Under the pieces are notes generated by a model. That model ran no database searches. It saw only the letters and a list, made by a program, of their open reading frames with translations, and was not told the origin of the DNA. From Lingula anatina (Eukaryota > Animalia > Brachiopoda), in contig CM120647.1 of the NCBI GenBank assembly GCA_051362555.1, positions 2,976,001-3,040,000 of the forward strand: a DNA stretch of 64,000 nt, read 5' to 3'. Shown piece after piece: positions 22,801-37,800 of the stretch; positions within the stretch are counted from its first letter, which is position 1, and the number at the start of each line of letters is the position of its first letter. Position numbers and translations under genes: made by a program.

Positions 22801-25800
22801 CAAATTTCACAAATATTCGACTAGATTTGTCAAAATTATTAACGTTTAACTATTTTTTTGCCCTAGAATTTGGCATTCTTTTTCATGTGATATTCAGTTT
22901 TCTCAAATTTATATGCTCTGAAAAGATCTTTTCCATAAAACACTGTCATCTGATAAGCTTATCACAGATTCATATTGTTGTTATGCATCATCTCACCGAA
23001 TTTTACAACTTTTCGACTAGATTTGTCAAAATTATTAACGTTTAACTATTTTTTTCCCTGGAATTTGGCTGTCTTTTCAGTTTTCACAAATTTATTGTCC
23101 GAAAAAAATCTTTTCTGTTTGACCGAGTCAACTGATAAGAATATCACGGATTTTTATTGTTGTTATGCATCATCTTTCCAAATTTCACAAACATTCGACT
23201 AGATTTGTCAAAATTATTAACGTTTAACTATTTTTTTGCCCTGGAATTTGGCAGACTTTTTAATGTGATATTCAGTTTTCTCAAATTTATATGCTCTGAA
23301 AACATCTTTTCCATAAAACACTGTCATCTGATAAGCTTATCACAGATTTATATTGTTGTTATGCATCATCTCACCGAATTTCACAACTAATCGACTAGAT
23401 TTGTCAAAATTATTAACGTTTAACTATTCTTTGCCCTGGAATTTGGCTGTCTTTTCAGTTTTCACAAATTTATTGTCCGAAAAAATCTTTTCTGTTTGAC
23501 CGAGTCAACTGATAAGAATATTACGGATTTTTATTGTTTTTATGCATCATCTTTCCAAATTTCACAAATATTCGACTAGATTTGTCAAAATTATTAACGT
23601 TTAACTATTTTTTTGCCCTAGAATTTGGCATTCTTTTTCATGTGATATTCAGTTTTCTCAAATTTATATGCTCTGAAAAGATCTTTTCCATAAAACACTG
23701 TCATCTGCTAAGCTTATCACAGATTCATATTGTTGTTATGCATCATCTCACCGAATTTTACAACTTTTCGACTAGATTTGTCAAAATTATTAACGTTTAA
23801 CTATTTTTTTCCCTGGAATTTGGCTGTCTTTTCAGTTTTCACAAATTTATTGTCCGAAAAAATCTTTTCTGTTTGACCAAGTCAACTGATAAGAATATCA
23901 CGGATTTTTATTGTTGTTATGCATCATCTTTCCAAATTTCACAAATATTCGACTAGATTTGTCAAAATTATTAAGGTTTAACTATTCTTTTGCCCTAGAA
24001 TTTGGCAGTCTTTTTCATGTGATATTCAGTTTTCTTCAATTTATATGCTCTGAAAAGATCTTTTCCATAAAACACTGTCATCTGATAAGCTTATCACAGA
24101 TTTATATTGTTGTTATGCATCATCTCACCGAATTTCACAACTATTCGACTAGATTTGTCAAAATTATTAACGTTTAACAATTCTTTGCCCTGGAATTTGG
24201 CTGTCTTTTCAGTTTTCACAAATTTATTGTCCGAAAAAATCTTTTCTGTTTGACCGAGTCAACTGATAAGAATATCACAGATTTTTATTGTTATTATGCA
24301 TCATCTTTCCGAATTTCACAAATATTCGACTAGATATGTCAAAATTATTAACGTTTAACTATTCTTTTGCCCTGGAATTTGGCAGTCTTTTTCATGTGAT
24401 ATTCAGTTTTCTCAAATTTATATGCTCTGAAAACATCTTTTCCATAAAACACTGTCATCTGATAAGCTTATCACAGATTCATATTGTTGTTATGCATCAT
24501 CTCACCGAATTTCACAACTAATCGACTAGATTTGTCAAAATTATTAACGTTTAACTATTCTTTGCCCTGGAATTTGGCTGTCTTTTCAGTTTTCACAAAT
24601 TTATTGTCCGAAAAAATCTTTTCTGTTTGACCGAGTCAACTGATAAGAATATAACGGATTTTTATTGTTGTTATGCATCATCTTTCCAAATTTCACAAAT
24701 ATTCGACTAGATTTGTCAAAATTATTAACGTTTAACTATTCTTTTGCCCTAGAATTTGGCAGTCTTTTTCATGTGATATTCAGTTTTCTCAAATTTATAT
24801 GCTCTGAAAAGATCTTTTCCATAAAACACTGTCATCTGATAAGCTTATCACAGATTCATATTGTTGTTATGCATCATGTCACCGAATTTTACAACTTTTC
24901 GACTAGATTTGTCAAAATTATTAACGTTTAACTATTTTTTTCCCTGGAATTTGGCTGTCTTTTCAGTTTTCACAAATTTATTGTCCGAAAAAATTTTTCT
25001 GTTTGACCGAGTCAACTGATAAGAATATCACGGATTTTTATTGTTGTTATGCATCATTTTTCCAAATTTCACAAATATTCGACTAGATTTGTCAAAATTA
25101 TTAACGTTTAACTATTCTTTTGCCCTAGAATTTGGCAGTCTTTTTCATGTGATATTCAGTTTTCTTCAATTTATATGCTCTGAAAAGATCTTTTCCATAA
25201 AACATTGTCATCTGATAAGCTTATCACAGATTTATATTGTTGTTATGCATCATCTCACCGAATTTCACAACTATTCGACTAGATTTGTCAAAATTATTAA
25301 CGTTTAACTATTCTTTGCCCTGGAATTTGGCTGTCTTTTCAGTTTTCACAAATTTATTGTCCGAAAAAATCTTTTCTGTTTGACCGAGTCAACTGATAAG
25401 AATATCACAGATTTTTATTGTTATTATGCATCATCTTTCCGAATTTCACAAATATTCGACTAGATATGTCAAAATTATTAACGTTTAACTATTCTTTTGC
25501 CCTGGAATTTGGCAGTCTTTTTCATGTGATATTCAGTTTTCTCAAATTTATATGCTCTGAAAACATCTTTTCCATAAAACACTGTCATCTGATAAGCTTA
25601 TCACAGATTCATATTGTTGTTTTGCATCATCTCACCGAATTTCACAACTATTCGACTAGATTTGTCAAAATTATTAACGTTTAACTATTTTTTTCCCTGG
25701 AATTTGGCTGTCTTTTCAGTTTTCACAAATTTATTGTCCGAAAAAATCTTTTCTGTTTGACCGAGTCAACTGATAAGAATATTACGGATTTTTATTGTTG

Positions 25801-28800
25801 TTATGCATCATCTTTCCAAATTTCACAAATATTTGACTAGATTTGTCAAAATTATTAACGTTTAACTATTTTTTTGCCCTGGAATTTGGCATTCTTTTTC
25901 ATGTGATATTCAGTTTTCTCAAATTTATATGCTCTGAAAAGATCTTTTCCATAAAACACTGTCATCTGATAAGCTTATCACAGATTCATATTGTTGTTAT
26001 GCATCATCTCACCGAATTTTACAACTTTTCGACTAGATTTGTCAAAATTATTAACGTTTAACTATTTTTTTCCCTGGAATTTGGCTGTCTTTTCAGTTTT
26101 CACAAATTTATTGTCCGAAAAAATCTTTTCTGTTTGACCGAGTCAACTGATAAGAATATCACGGATTTTTATTGTTGTTATGCATCATCTTTCCAAATTT
26201 CACAAATATTCGACTAGATTTGTCAAAATTATTAACGTTTAACTATCCTTTTGCCCTGTAATTTGGCAGTCTTTTTCATGTGATATTCAGTTTTCTCAAA
26301 TTTATATGCTCTGAAAATATCTTTTCCATAAAACACTGTCATCTGATAAGCTTATCACAGATTTATATTGTTGTTATGCATCATCTCACCGAATTTCACA
26401 ACTATTCGTCTAGATTTGTCAAAATTATTAACGTTTAACTATTCTTTGCCCTGGAATTTGGCTGTCTTTTCAGTTTTCACAAATTTATTGTCCGAAAAAA
26501 TCTTTTCTGTTTGACCGAGTCAACTGATAAGAATATCACAGATTTTTATTGTTATTATGCATCATCTTTCCGAATTTCACAAATATTCGACTAGATTTGT
26601 CAAAATTATTAACGTTTAACTATTCTTTTGCCCTGGAATTTGGCAGTCTTTTTCATGTGATATTCAGTTTTCTCAAATTTATATGCTCTGAAAAGATCTT
26701 TTCCATAAAACACTGTCATCTGATAAGCTTATCACAGATTTATATTGTTGTTATGCATCTTCTCACCGAATTTCACAACTATTCGACTAGATTTGTCAAA
26801 ATTATTAACGTTTAACTATTTTTTTCCCTGGAATTTGGCTGTCTTTTCAGTTTTCACAAATTTATTGTCCGAAAAAATCTTTTCTGTTTGACCGAGTCAA
26901 CTGATAAGAATATCACGGATTTTTATTGTTGTTATGCATCATCTTTCCAAATTTCACAAATATTCGACTAGATTTGTCAAAATTATTAACGTTTAACTAT
27001 TTTTTTGCCCTGTAATTTGGCAGTCTTTTTCATGTGATATTCAGTTTTCTTCAATTTATATGCTCTGAAAAGATCTTTTCCATAAAACACTGTCATCTGA
27101 TAAGCTTATCACAGATTTATATTGTTGTTATGCATTTTCTCACCGAATTTCACAACTATTCGACTAGATTTGTCAAAATTATTAACGTTTAACTATTTTT
27201 TTCCCTGGAATTTGGCTGTCTTTTCAGTTTTCACAAATTTATTGTCCGAAAAAATCTTTTCTGTTTGACCGAGTCAACTGATAAGAATATTACGGATTTT
27301 TATTGTTGTTATGCATCATCTTTCCGAATTTCACAAATATTCGACAAGATTTGTCAAAATTATTAACGTTTAACTATTCTTTTACCCTGGAATTTGGCAG
27401 TCTTTTTCATGTGATATTCAGTTTTCTCAAATTTATATGCTCTGAAAAGATCTTTTCCATAAAACACTGTCATGTGATAAGCTTATCACAGATTTATATT
27501 GTTATTATGCATCATCTCACCAAATTTCACAACTATTGGACTAGATTTGTGAAAATTATTAACGTTTAACTATTCTTTTGCCCTAGAATTTGGCAGTCTT
27601 TTTCATGTGATATTCAGTTTTCTCAAATTTATATGCTCTGAAAAGATCTTTTCCATAAAACACTGTCATCTGATAAGCTTATCACAGATTTATATTGTTG
27701 TTATGCATCATCTTTCCGAATTTCACAACTATTCGACTAGATTTGTCAAAATTATTAACATTTAACTATTTTTTGCCCTGGAATTTGGTTGTCTTTTCAG
27801 TTTTCTCAAATTTATTGTCCGAAAAAATCTTTTCTGTTTGACCCACTCAACTGATAAGAATATCACGGATTTTTATTCTTGTTATGCATCATCATTCCGA
27901 ATTTCACAAATATTCGACTAGATTTCTTAAAATTATTACCGTTTATCTATTCTTTGCCATGGAATTTGGCAGTCTTTTTCATGTGATATTCAGTTTTCTC
28001 AAATTTATATGCTCTGAAAACATCTTTTCCATAAAACACTGTCATCTGATAAGCTTATCACAGATTTATATTGTTGTTATGCATCATCTCACCGAATTTC
28101 ACAACTAATCGACTAGATTTGTCAAAATTATTAACGTTTAACTATTCTTTGCCCTGGAATTTGGCAGTCTTTTTCATGTGATATTCAGTTTTCTCAAATT
28201 TATATGCTCTGAAAATATCTTTTCCATAAAACACTGTCATCTGATAAGCTTATCACAGATTTATATTGTTGTTATGCATCATCTCACCGAATTTCACAAC
28301 TATTCGTCTAGATTTGTCAAAATTATTAACGTTTAACTATTCTTTGCCCTGGAATTTGGCTGTCTTTTCAGTTTTCACAAATTTATTGTCCGAAAAAATC
28401 TTTTCTGTTTGACCGAGTCAACTGATAAGAATATCACGGATTTTTATTGTTGTTATGCATCATCTTTCCAAATTTCACAAATATTCGACTAGATTTGTCA
28501 AAATTATTAACGTTTAACTATTTTTTTGCCCTGTAATTTGGCAGTCTTTTTCATGTGATATTCAGTTTTCTTCAATTTATATGCTCTGAAAAGATCTTTT
28601 CCATAAAACACTGTCATCTGATAAGCTTATCACAGATTTATATTGTTGTTATGCATTTTCTCACCGAATTTCACAACTATTCGACTAGATTTGTCAAAAT
28701 TATTAACGTTTAACTATTTTTTTCCCTGGAATTTGGCTGTCTTTTCAGTTTTCACAAATTTATTGTCCGAAAAAATCTTTTCTGTTTGACCGAGTCAACT

Positions 28801-31800
28801 GATAAGAATATTACGGATTTTTATTGTTGTTATGCATCATCTTTCCGAATTTCACAAATATTCGACAAGATTTGTCAAAATTATTAACGTTTAACTATTC
28901 TTTTACCCTGGAATTTGGCAGTCTTTTTCATGTGATATTCAGTTTTCTCAAATTTATATGCTCTGAAAAGATCTTTTCCATAAAACACTGTCATGTGATA
29001 AGCTTATCACAGATTTATATTGTTATTATGCATCATCTCACCAAATTTCACAACTATTGGACTAGATTTGTGAAAATTATTAACGTTTAACTATTCTTTT
29101 GCCCTAGAATTTGGCAGTCTTTTTCATGTGATATTCAGTTTTCTCAAATTTATATGCTCTGAAAAGATCTTTTCCATAAAACACTGTCATCTGATAAGCT
29201 TATCACAGATTTATATTGTTGTTATGCATCATCTTTCCGAATTTCACAACTATTCGACTAGATTTGTCAAAATTATTAACATTTAACTATTTTTTGCCCT
29301 GGAATTTGGTTGTCTTTTCAGTTTTCTCAAATTTATTGTCCGAAAAAATCTTTTCTGTTTGACCCACTCAACTGATAAGAATATCACGGATTTTTATTCT
29401 TGTTATGCATCATCATTCCGAATTTCACAAATATTCGACTAGATTTCTTAAAATTATTACCGTTTATCTATTCTTTGCCATGGAATTTGGCAGTCTTTTT
29501 CATGTGATATTCAGTTTTCTCAAATTTATATGCTCTGAAAACATCTTTTCCATAAAACACTGTCATCTGATAAGCTTATCACAGATTTATATTGTTGTTA
29601 TGCATCATCTCACCGAATTTCACAACTAATCGACTAGATTTGTCAAAATTATTAACGTTTAACTATTCTTTGCCCTGGAATTTGGCTGTCTTTTCAGTTT
29701 TCACAAATTTATTGTCCGAAAAAATCTTTTCTGTTTGACCGAGTCAACTGATAAGAATATCACAGATTTTTATTCTTGTTATGCATCATCTTTCCAAATT
29801 TCACAAATATTTGACTAGATTTGTCAAAATTATTAACGTTTAACTATTCTTTGCCCTGGAATTTAGTTGTCTTTCCAGTTTTCTCAAATTTATTGTCCGA
29901 AAAAATCTTTTCTGTTAGACCCACTCAACTGATAAGAATATCACGGATTTTTATTGTTGTTATGCATCATCTTTCCAAATTTCACAAATATTCGACAAGA
30001 TTTGTCAAAATTATTAACGTTTAACTATTCTTTTACCCTGGAATTTGGCAGTCTTTTTCATGTGATATTCTGTTTTCTCAAATTTATATGCTCTGAAAAG
30101 ATCTTTTCCATAAAACACTGTCATCTGATAAGCTTATCACAGATTTATATTGTTATTATGCATCATCTCACCAAATTTCACAACTATTCGACTAGATTTG
30201 TGAAAATTATTAACGTTTAACTATTCTTTGCCCTGGAATTTGGCTGTCTTTTCAGTTTTCACAAATTTATTGTCTGAAAAAATCTTTTCTGTTTGACCGA
30301 GTCAACTGATAAGAATATCACGGATTTTTATTGTTGTTATGCATCATCTTTCCAAATTTCACAAATATTCGACTAGATTTGTCAAAATTATTAATGTTTA
30401 ACTATTCTTTTGCCCTAGAATTTGGCATTCTTTTTCATGTGATATTCAGTTTTCTTCAATTTATATGCTCTGAAAAGATCTTTTCCATAAAACACTGTCA
30501 TCTGATAAGCTTATCACAGATTTATATTGTTGTTATGCATCATCTCACCGAATTTCACAACTATTCGACTAGATTTGTCAAAATTATTAACGTTTAACTA
30601 TTCTTTGCCCTGGAATTTGGCTGTCTTTTCAGTTTTCACAAATTTATTGTCCGAAAAAATCTTTTCTGTTTGACCGAGTCAACTGATAAGAATATTACGG
30701 ATTTTTATTGTTGTTATGCATCATCTTTCCAAATTTCACAAATATTCGACTAGATTTGTCAAAATTATTAACGTTTAACTATTTTTTTTGCCCTGGAATT
30801 TGGCAGTCTTTTCCATGTGATATTCAGTTTTCTCAAATTTATATGCTCTGAAAACATCTTTTCCATAAAACACTGTCATCTGATAAGCTTATCACAGATT
30901 TATATTGTTGTTATGCATCATCTCACCGAATTTCACAACTAATCGACTAGATTTGTCAAAATTATTAACGTTTAACTATTCTTTGCCCTGGAATTTGGCT
31001 GTCTTTTCAGTTTTCACAAATTTATTGTCCGAAAAAATCTTTTCTGTTTGACCGAGTCAACTGATAAGAATATTACGGATTTTTATTGTTGTTATGCATC
31101 ATCTTTCCAAATTTCACAAATATTCGACTAGATTTGTCAAAATAATTAACGTTTAACTATTTTTTTGCCCTGGAATTTGGCATTCTTTTTCATGTGATAT
31201 TCAGTTTTCTCAAATTTATATGCTCTGAAAAGATCTTTTCCATAAAACACTGTCATCTGATAAGCTTATCACAGATTCATATTGTTGTTATGCATTATCT
31301 CACCGAATTTCACAACTATTCGACTAGATTTGTCAAAAATATTAACGTTTAACTATTCTTTGCCCTGGAATTTGGCTGTCTTTTCAGTTTTCACAAATTT
31401 ATTGTCCGAAAAAATCTTTTCTGTTTGACCGAGTCAACTGATAAGAATATCACAGATTTTTATTGTTATTATGCATCATCTTTCCGAATTTCACAAATAT
31501 TCGACTAGATTTGTCAAAATTATTAACGTTTAACTATTTTTTTGCCCTGTAATTTGGCAGTCTTTTTCATGTGATATTCAGTTTTCTTCAATTTATATGC
31601 TCTAAAAAGATCTTTTCCATAAAACACTGTCATCTGATAAGCTTATCACAGATTTATATTGTTGTTATGCATCTTCTCACCGAATTTCACAACTATTCGA
31701 CTAGATTTGTCAAAATTATTAACGTTTAACTATTTTTTTCCCTGGAATTTGGCTGTCTTTTCAGTTTTCACAAATTTATTGTCCGAAAAAATCTTTTCTG

Positions 31801-34800
31801 TTTGACCGAGTCAACTGATAAGAATATTACGGATTTTTATTGTTGTTATGCATCATCTTTCCAAATTTCACAAATATTCGACTAGATTTGTCAAAATTAT
31901 TAACGTTTAACTATTTTTTTGCCCTGGAATTTGGCAGTCTTTTTCATGTGATATTCAGTTTTCTCATATTTATATGCTCTGAAAACATCTTTTCCATAAA
32001 ACACTGTCATCTGATAAGCTTATCACAGATTTATATTGTTGTTATGCATCATCTCACCGAATTTCACAACTAATCGACTAGATTTGTCAAAATTATTAAC
32101 GTTTAACTATTCTTTGCCCTGGAATTTGGCTGTCTTTTCAGTTTTCACAAATTTATTGTCCGAAAAAATCTTTTCTGTTTGACCGAGTCAACTGATAAGA
32201 ATATTACGGATTTTTATTGTTGTTATGCATCATCTTTCCAAATTTCACAAATATTCGACTAGATTTGTCAAAATTATTAACGTTTAACTATTTTTTTGCC
32301 CTAGAATTTGGCATTCTTTTTCATGTGATATTCAGTTTTCTCAAATTTATATGCTCTGAAAAGATCTTTTCCATAAAACACTGTCATCTGATAAGCTTAT
32401 CACAGATTCATATTGTTGTTATGCATCATGTCACCGAATTTTACAACTTTTCGACTAGATTTGTCAAAATTATTAACGTTTAACTATTTTTTTCCCTGGA
32501 ATTTGGCTGTCTTTTCAGTTTTCACAAATTTATTGTCCGAAAAAATTTTTCTGTTTGACCGAGTCAACTGATAAGAATATCAGGGATTTTTATTGTTGTT
32601 ATGCATCATTTTTCCAAATTTCACAAATATTCGACTAGATTTGTCAAAATTATTAACGTTTAACTATTCTTTTGCCCTAGAATTTGGCAGTCTTTTTCAT
32701 GTGATATTCAGTTTTCTTCAATTTATATGCTCTGAAAAGATCTTTTCCATAAAACATTGTCATCTGATAAGCTTATCACAGATTTATATTGTTGTTATGC
32801 ATCATCTCACCGAATTTCACAACTATTCGACTAGATTTGTCAAAATTATTAACGTTTAACTATTCTTTGCCCTGGAATTTGGCTGTCTTTTCAGTTTTCA
32901 CAAATTTATTGTCCGAAAAAATCTTTTCTGTTTGACCGAGTCAACTGATAAGAATATCACAGATTTTTATTGTTATTATGCATCATCTTTCTAAATTTCA
33001 CAAATATTCGACTAGATATGTCAAAATTATTAACGTTTAACTATTCTTTTGCCCTGGAATTTGGCAGTCTTTTTCATGTGATATTCAGTTTTCTCAAATT
33101 TATATGCTCTGAAAACATCTTTTCCATAAAACACTGTCATCTGATAAGCTTATCACAGATTCTTATTGTTGTTTTGCATCATCTCACCGAATTTCACAAC
33201 TATTCGACTAGATTTGTCAAAATTATTAACGTTTAACTATTTTTTTCCCTGGAATTTGGCTGTCTTTTCAGTTTTCACAAATTTATTGTCCGAAAAAATC
33301 TTTTCTGTTTGACCTGTCAACTGATAAGAATATTACGGATTTTTATTGTTGTTATGCATCATCTTTCCAAATTTCACAAATATTTGACTAGATTTGTCAA
33401 AATTATTAACGTTTAACTATTTTTTTGCCCTGGAATTTGGCATTCTTTTTCATGTGATATTCAGTTTTCTCAAATTTATATGCTCTGAAAAGATCTTTTC
33501 CATAAAACACTGTCATCTGATAAGCTTATCACAGATTCATATTGTTGTTATGCATCATGTCACCGAATTTTACAACTTTTCGACTAGATTTGTCAAAATT
33601 ATTAACGTTTAACTATTTTTTTCCCTGGAATTTGGCTGTCTTTTCAGTTTTCACAAATTTATTGTCCGAAAAAATTTTTCTGTTTGACCGAGTCAACTGA
33701 TAAGAATATCAGGGATTTTTATTGTTGTTATGCATCATTTTTCCAAATTTCACAAATATTCGACTAGATTTGTCAAAATTATTAACGTTTAACTATTCTT
33801 TTGCCCTAGAATTTGGCAGTCTTTTTCATGTGATATTCAGTTTTCTTCAATTTATATGCTCTGAAAAGATCTTTTCCATAAAACATTGTCATCTGATAAG
33901 CTTATCACAGATTTATATTGTTGTTATGCATCATCTCACCGAATTTCACAACTATTCGACTAGATTTGTCAAAATTATTAACGTTTAACTATTCTTTGCC
34001 CTGGAATTTGGCTGTCTTTTCAGTTTTCACAAATTTATTGTCCGAAAAAATCTTTTCTGTTTGACCGAGTCAACTGATAAGAATATCACAGATTTTTATT
34101 GTTATTATGCATCATCTTTCTAAATTTCACAAATATTCGACTAGATATGTCAAAATTATTAACGTTTAACTATTCTTTTGCCCTGGAATTTGGCAGTCTT
34201 TTTCATGTGATATTCAGTTTTCTCAAATTTATATGCTCTGAAAACATCTTTTCCATAAAACACTGTCATCTGATAAGCTTATCACAGATTCATATTGTTG
34301 TTTTGCATCATCTCACCGAATTTCACAACTATTCGACTAGATTTGTCAAAATTATTAACGTTTAACTATTTTTTTCCCTGGAATTTGGCTGTCTTTTCAG
34401 TTTTCACAAATTTATTGTCCGAAAAAATCTTTTCTGTTTGACCGAGTCAACTGATAAGAATATTACGGATTTTTATTGTTGTTATGCATCATCTTTCCAA
34501 ATTTCACAAATATTTGACTAGATTTGTCAAAATTATTAACGTTTAACTATTTTTTTGCCCTGGAATTTGGCATTCTTTTTCATGTGATATTCAGTTTTCT
34601 CAAATTTATATGCTCTGAAAAGATCTTTTCCATAAAACACTGTCATCTGATAAGCTTATCACAGATTCATATTGTTGGTATGCATCATCTCACCGAATTT
34701 CACAACTAATCGACTAGATTTGTCAAAATTATTAACGTTTAACTATTCTTTGCCCTGGAATTTGGCTGTCTTTTCAGTTTTCACAAATTTATTGTCCGAA

Positions 34801-37800
34801 AAAATCTTTTCTGTTTGACCGAGTCAACTGATAAGAATATAACGGATTTTTATTGTTGTTATGCATCATCTTTCCAAATTTCACAAATATTCGACTAGAT
34901 TTGTCAAAATTATTAACGTTTAACTATTCTTTTGCCCTAGAATTTGGCAGTCTTTTTCATGTGATATTCAGTTTTCTCAAATTTATATGCTCTGAAAAGA
35001 TCTTTTCCATAAAACACTGTCATCTGATAAGCTTATCACAGATTCATATTGTTGTTATGCATCATGTCACCGAATTTTACAACTTTTCGACTAGATTTGT
35101 CAAAATTATTAACGTTTAACTATTTTTTTCCCTGGAATTTGGCTGTCTTTTCAGTTTTCACAAATTTATTGTCCGAAAAAATTTTTCTGTTTGACCGAGT
35201 CAACTGATAAGAATATCAGGGATTTTTATTGTTGTTATGCATCATTTTTCCAAATTTCACAAATATTCGACTAGATTTGTCAAAATTATTAACGTTTAAC
35301 TATTCTTTTGCCCTAGAATTTGGCAGTCTTTTTCATGTGATATTCAGTTTTCTTCAATTTATATGCTCTGAAAAGATCTTTTCCATAAAACATTGTCATC
35401 TGATAAGCTTATCACAGATTTATATTGTTGTTATGCATCATCTCACCGAATTTCACAACTATTCGACTAGATTTGTCAAAATTATTAACGTTTAACTATT
35501 CTTTGCCCTGGAATTTGGCTGTCTTTTCAGTTTTCACAAATTTATTGTCCGAAAAAATCTTTTCTGTTTGACCGAGTCAACTGATAAGAATATCACAGAT
35601 TTTTATTGTTATTATGCATCATCTTTCTAAATTTCACAAATATTCGACTAGATATGTCAAAATTATTAACGTTTAACTATTCTTTTGCCCTGGAATTTGG
35701 CAGTCTTTTTCATGTGATATTCAGTTTTCTCAAATTTATATGCTCTGAAAACATCTTTTCCATAAAACACTGTCATCTGATAAGCTTATCACAGATTCAT
35801 ATTGTTGTTTTGCATCATCTCACCGAATTTCACAACTATTCGACTAGATTTGTCAAAATTATTAACGTTTAACTATTTTTTTCCCTGGAATTTGGCTGTC
35901 TTTTCAGTTTTCACAAATTTATTGTCCGAAAAAATCTTTTCTGTTTGACCGAGTCAACTGATAAGAATATTACGGATTTTTATTGTTGTTATGCATCATC
36001 TTTCCAAATTTCACAAATATTTGACTAGATTTGTCAAAATTATTAACGTTTAACTATTTTTTTGCCCTGGAATTTGGCATTCTTTTTCATGTGATATTCA
36101 GTTTTCTCAAATTTATATGCTCTGAAAAGATCTTTTCCATAAAACACTGTCATCTGATAAGCTTATCACAGATTCATATTGTTGTTATGCATCATCTCAC
36201 CGAATTTTACAACTTTTCGACTAGATTTGTCAAAATTATTAACGTTTAACTATTTTTTTCCCTGGAATTTGGCTGTCTTTTCAGTTTTCACAAATTTATT
36301 GTCCGAAAAAATCTTTTCTGTTTGACCGAGTCAACTGATAAGAACATCACGGATTTTTATTGTTGTTATGCATCATCTTTCCAAATTTCACAAATATTCG
36401 ACTAGATTTGTCAAAATTATTAACGTTTAACTATCCTTTTGCCCTGTAATTTGGCAGTCTTTTTCATGTGATATTCAGTTTTCTCAAATTTATATGCTCT
36501 GAAAATATCTTTTCCATAAAACACTGTCATCTGATAAGCTTATCACAGATTTATATTGTTGTTATGCATCATCTCACCGAATTTCACAACTATTCGACTA
36601 GATTTGTCAAAATTATTAACGTTTAACTATTCTTTGCCCTGGAATTTGGCTGTCTTTTCAGTTTTCACAAATTTATTGTCCGAAAAAATCTTTTCTGTTT
36701 GACCGAGTCAACTGATAAGAATATCACAGATTTTTATTGTTATTATGCATCATCTTTCCGAATTTCACAAATATTCGACTAGATTTGTCAAAATTATTAA
36801 CGTTTAACTATTCTTTTGCCCTGGAATTTGGCAGTCTTTTTCATGTGATATTCAGTTTTCTCAAATTTATATGCTCTGAAAAGATCTTTTCCATAAAACA
36901 CTGTCATCTGATAAGCTTATCACAGATTTATATTGTTGTTATGCATCTTCTCACCGAATTTCACAACTATTCGACTAGATTTGTCAAAATTATTAACGTT
37001 TAACTATTTTTTTCCCTGGAATTTGGCTGTCTTTTCAGTTTTCACAAATTTATTGTCCGAAAAAATCTTTTCTGTTTGACCGAGTCAACTGATAAGAATA
37101 TTACGGATTTTTATTGTTGTTATGCATCATCTTTCCAAATTTCACAAATATTTGACTAGATTTGTCAAAATTATTAACGTTTAACTATTTTTTTGCCCTG
37201 GAATTTGGCATTCTTTTTCATGTGATATTCAGTTTTCTCAAATTTATATGCTCTGAAAAGATCTTTTCCATAAAACACTGTCATCTGATAAGCTTATCAC
37301 AGATTCATATTGTTGTTATGCATCATCTCACCGAATTTCACAACTAATCGACTAGATTTGTCAAAATTATTAACGTTTAACTATTCTTTGCCCTGGAATT
37401 TGGCTGTCTTTTCAGTTTTCACAAATTTATTGTCCGAAAAAATCTTTTCTGTTTGACCGAGTCAACTGATAAGAATATAACGGATTTTTATTGTTGTTAT
37501 GCATCATCTTTCCAAATTTCACAAATATTCGACTAGATTTGTCAAAATTATTAACGTTTAACTATTCTTTTGCCCTAGAATTTGGCAGTCTTTTTCATGT
37601 GATATTCAGTTTTCTCAAATTTATATGCTCTGAAAAGATCTTTTCCATAAAACACTGTCATCTGATAAGCTTATCACAGATTCATATTGTTGTTATGCAT
37701 CATGTCACCGAATTTTACAACTTTTCGACTAGATTTGTCAAAATTATTAACGTTTAACTATTTTTTTCCCTGGAATTTGGCTGTCTTTTCAGTTTTCACA

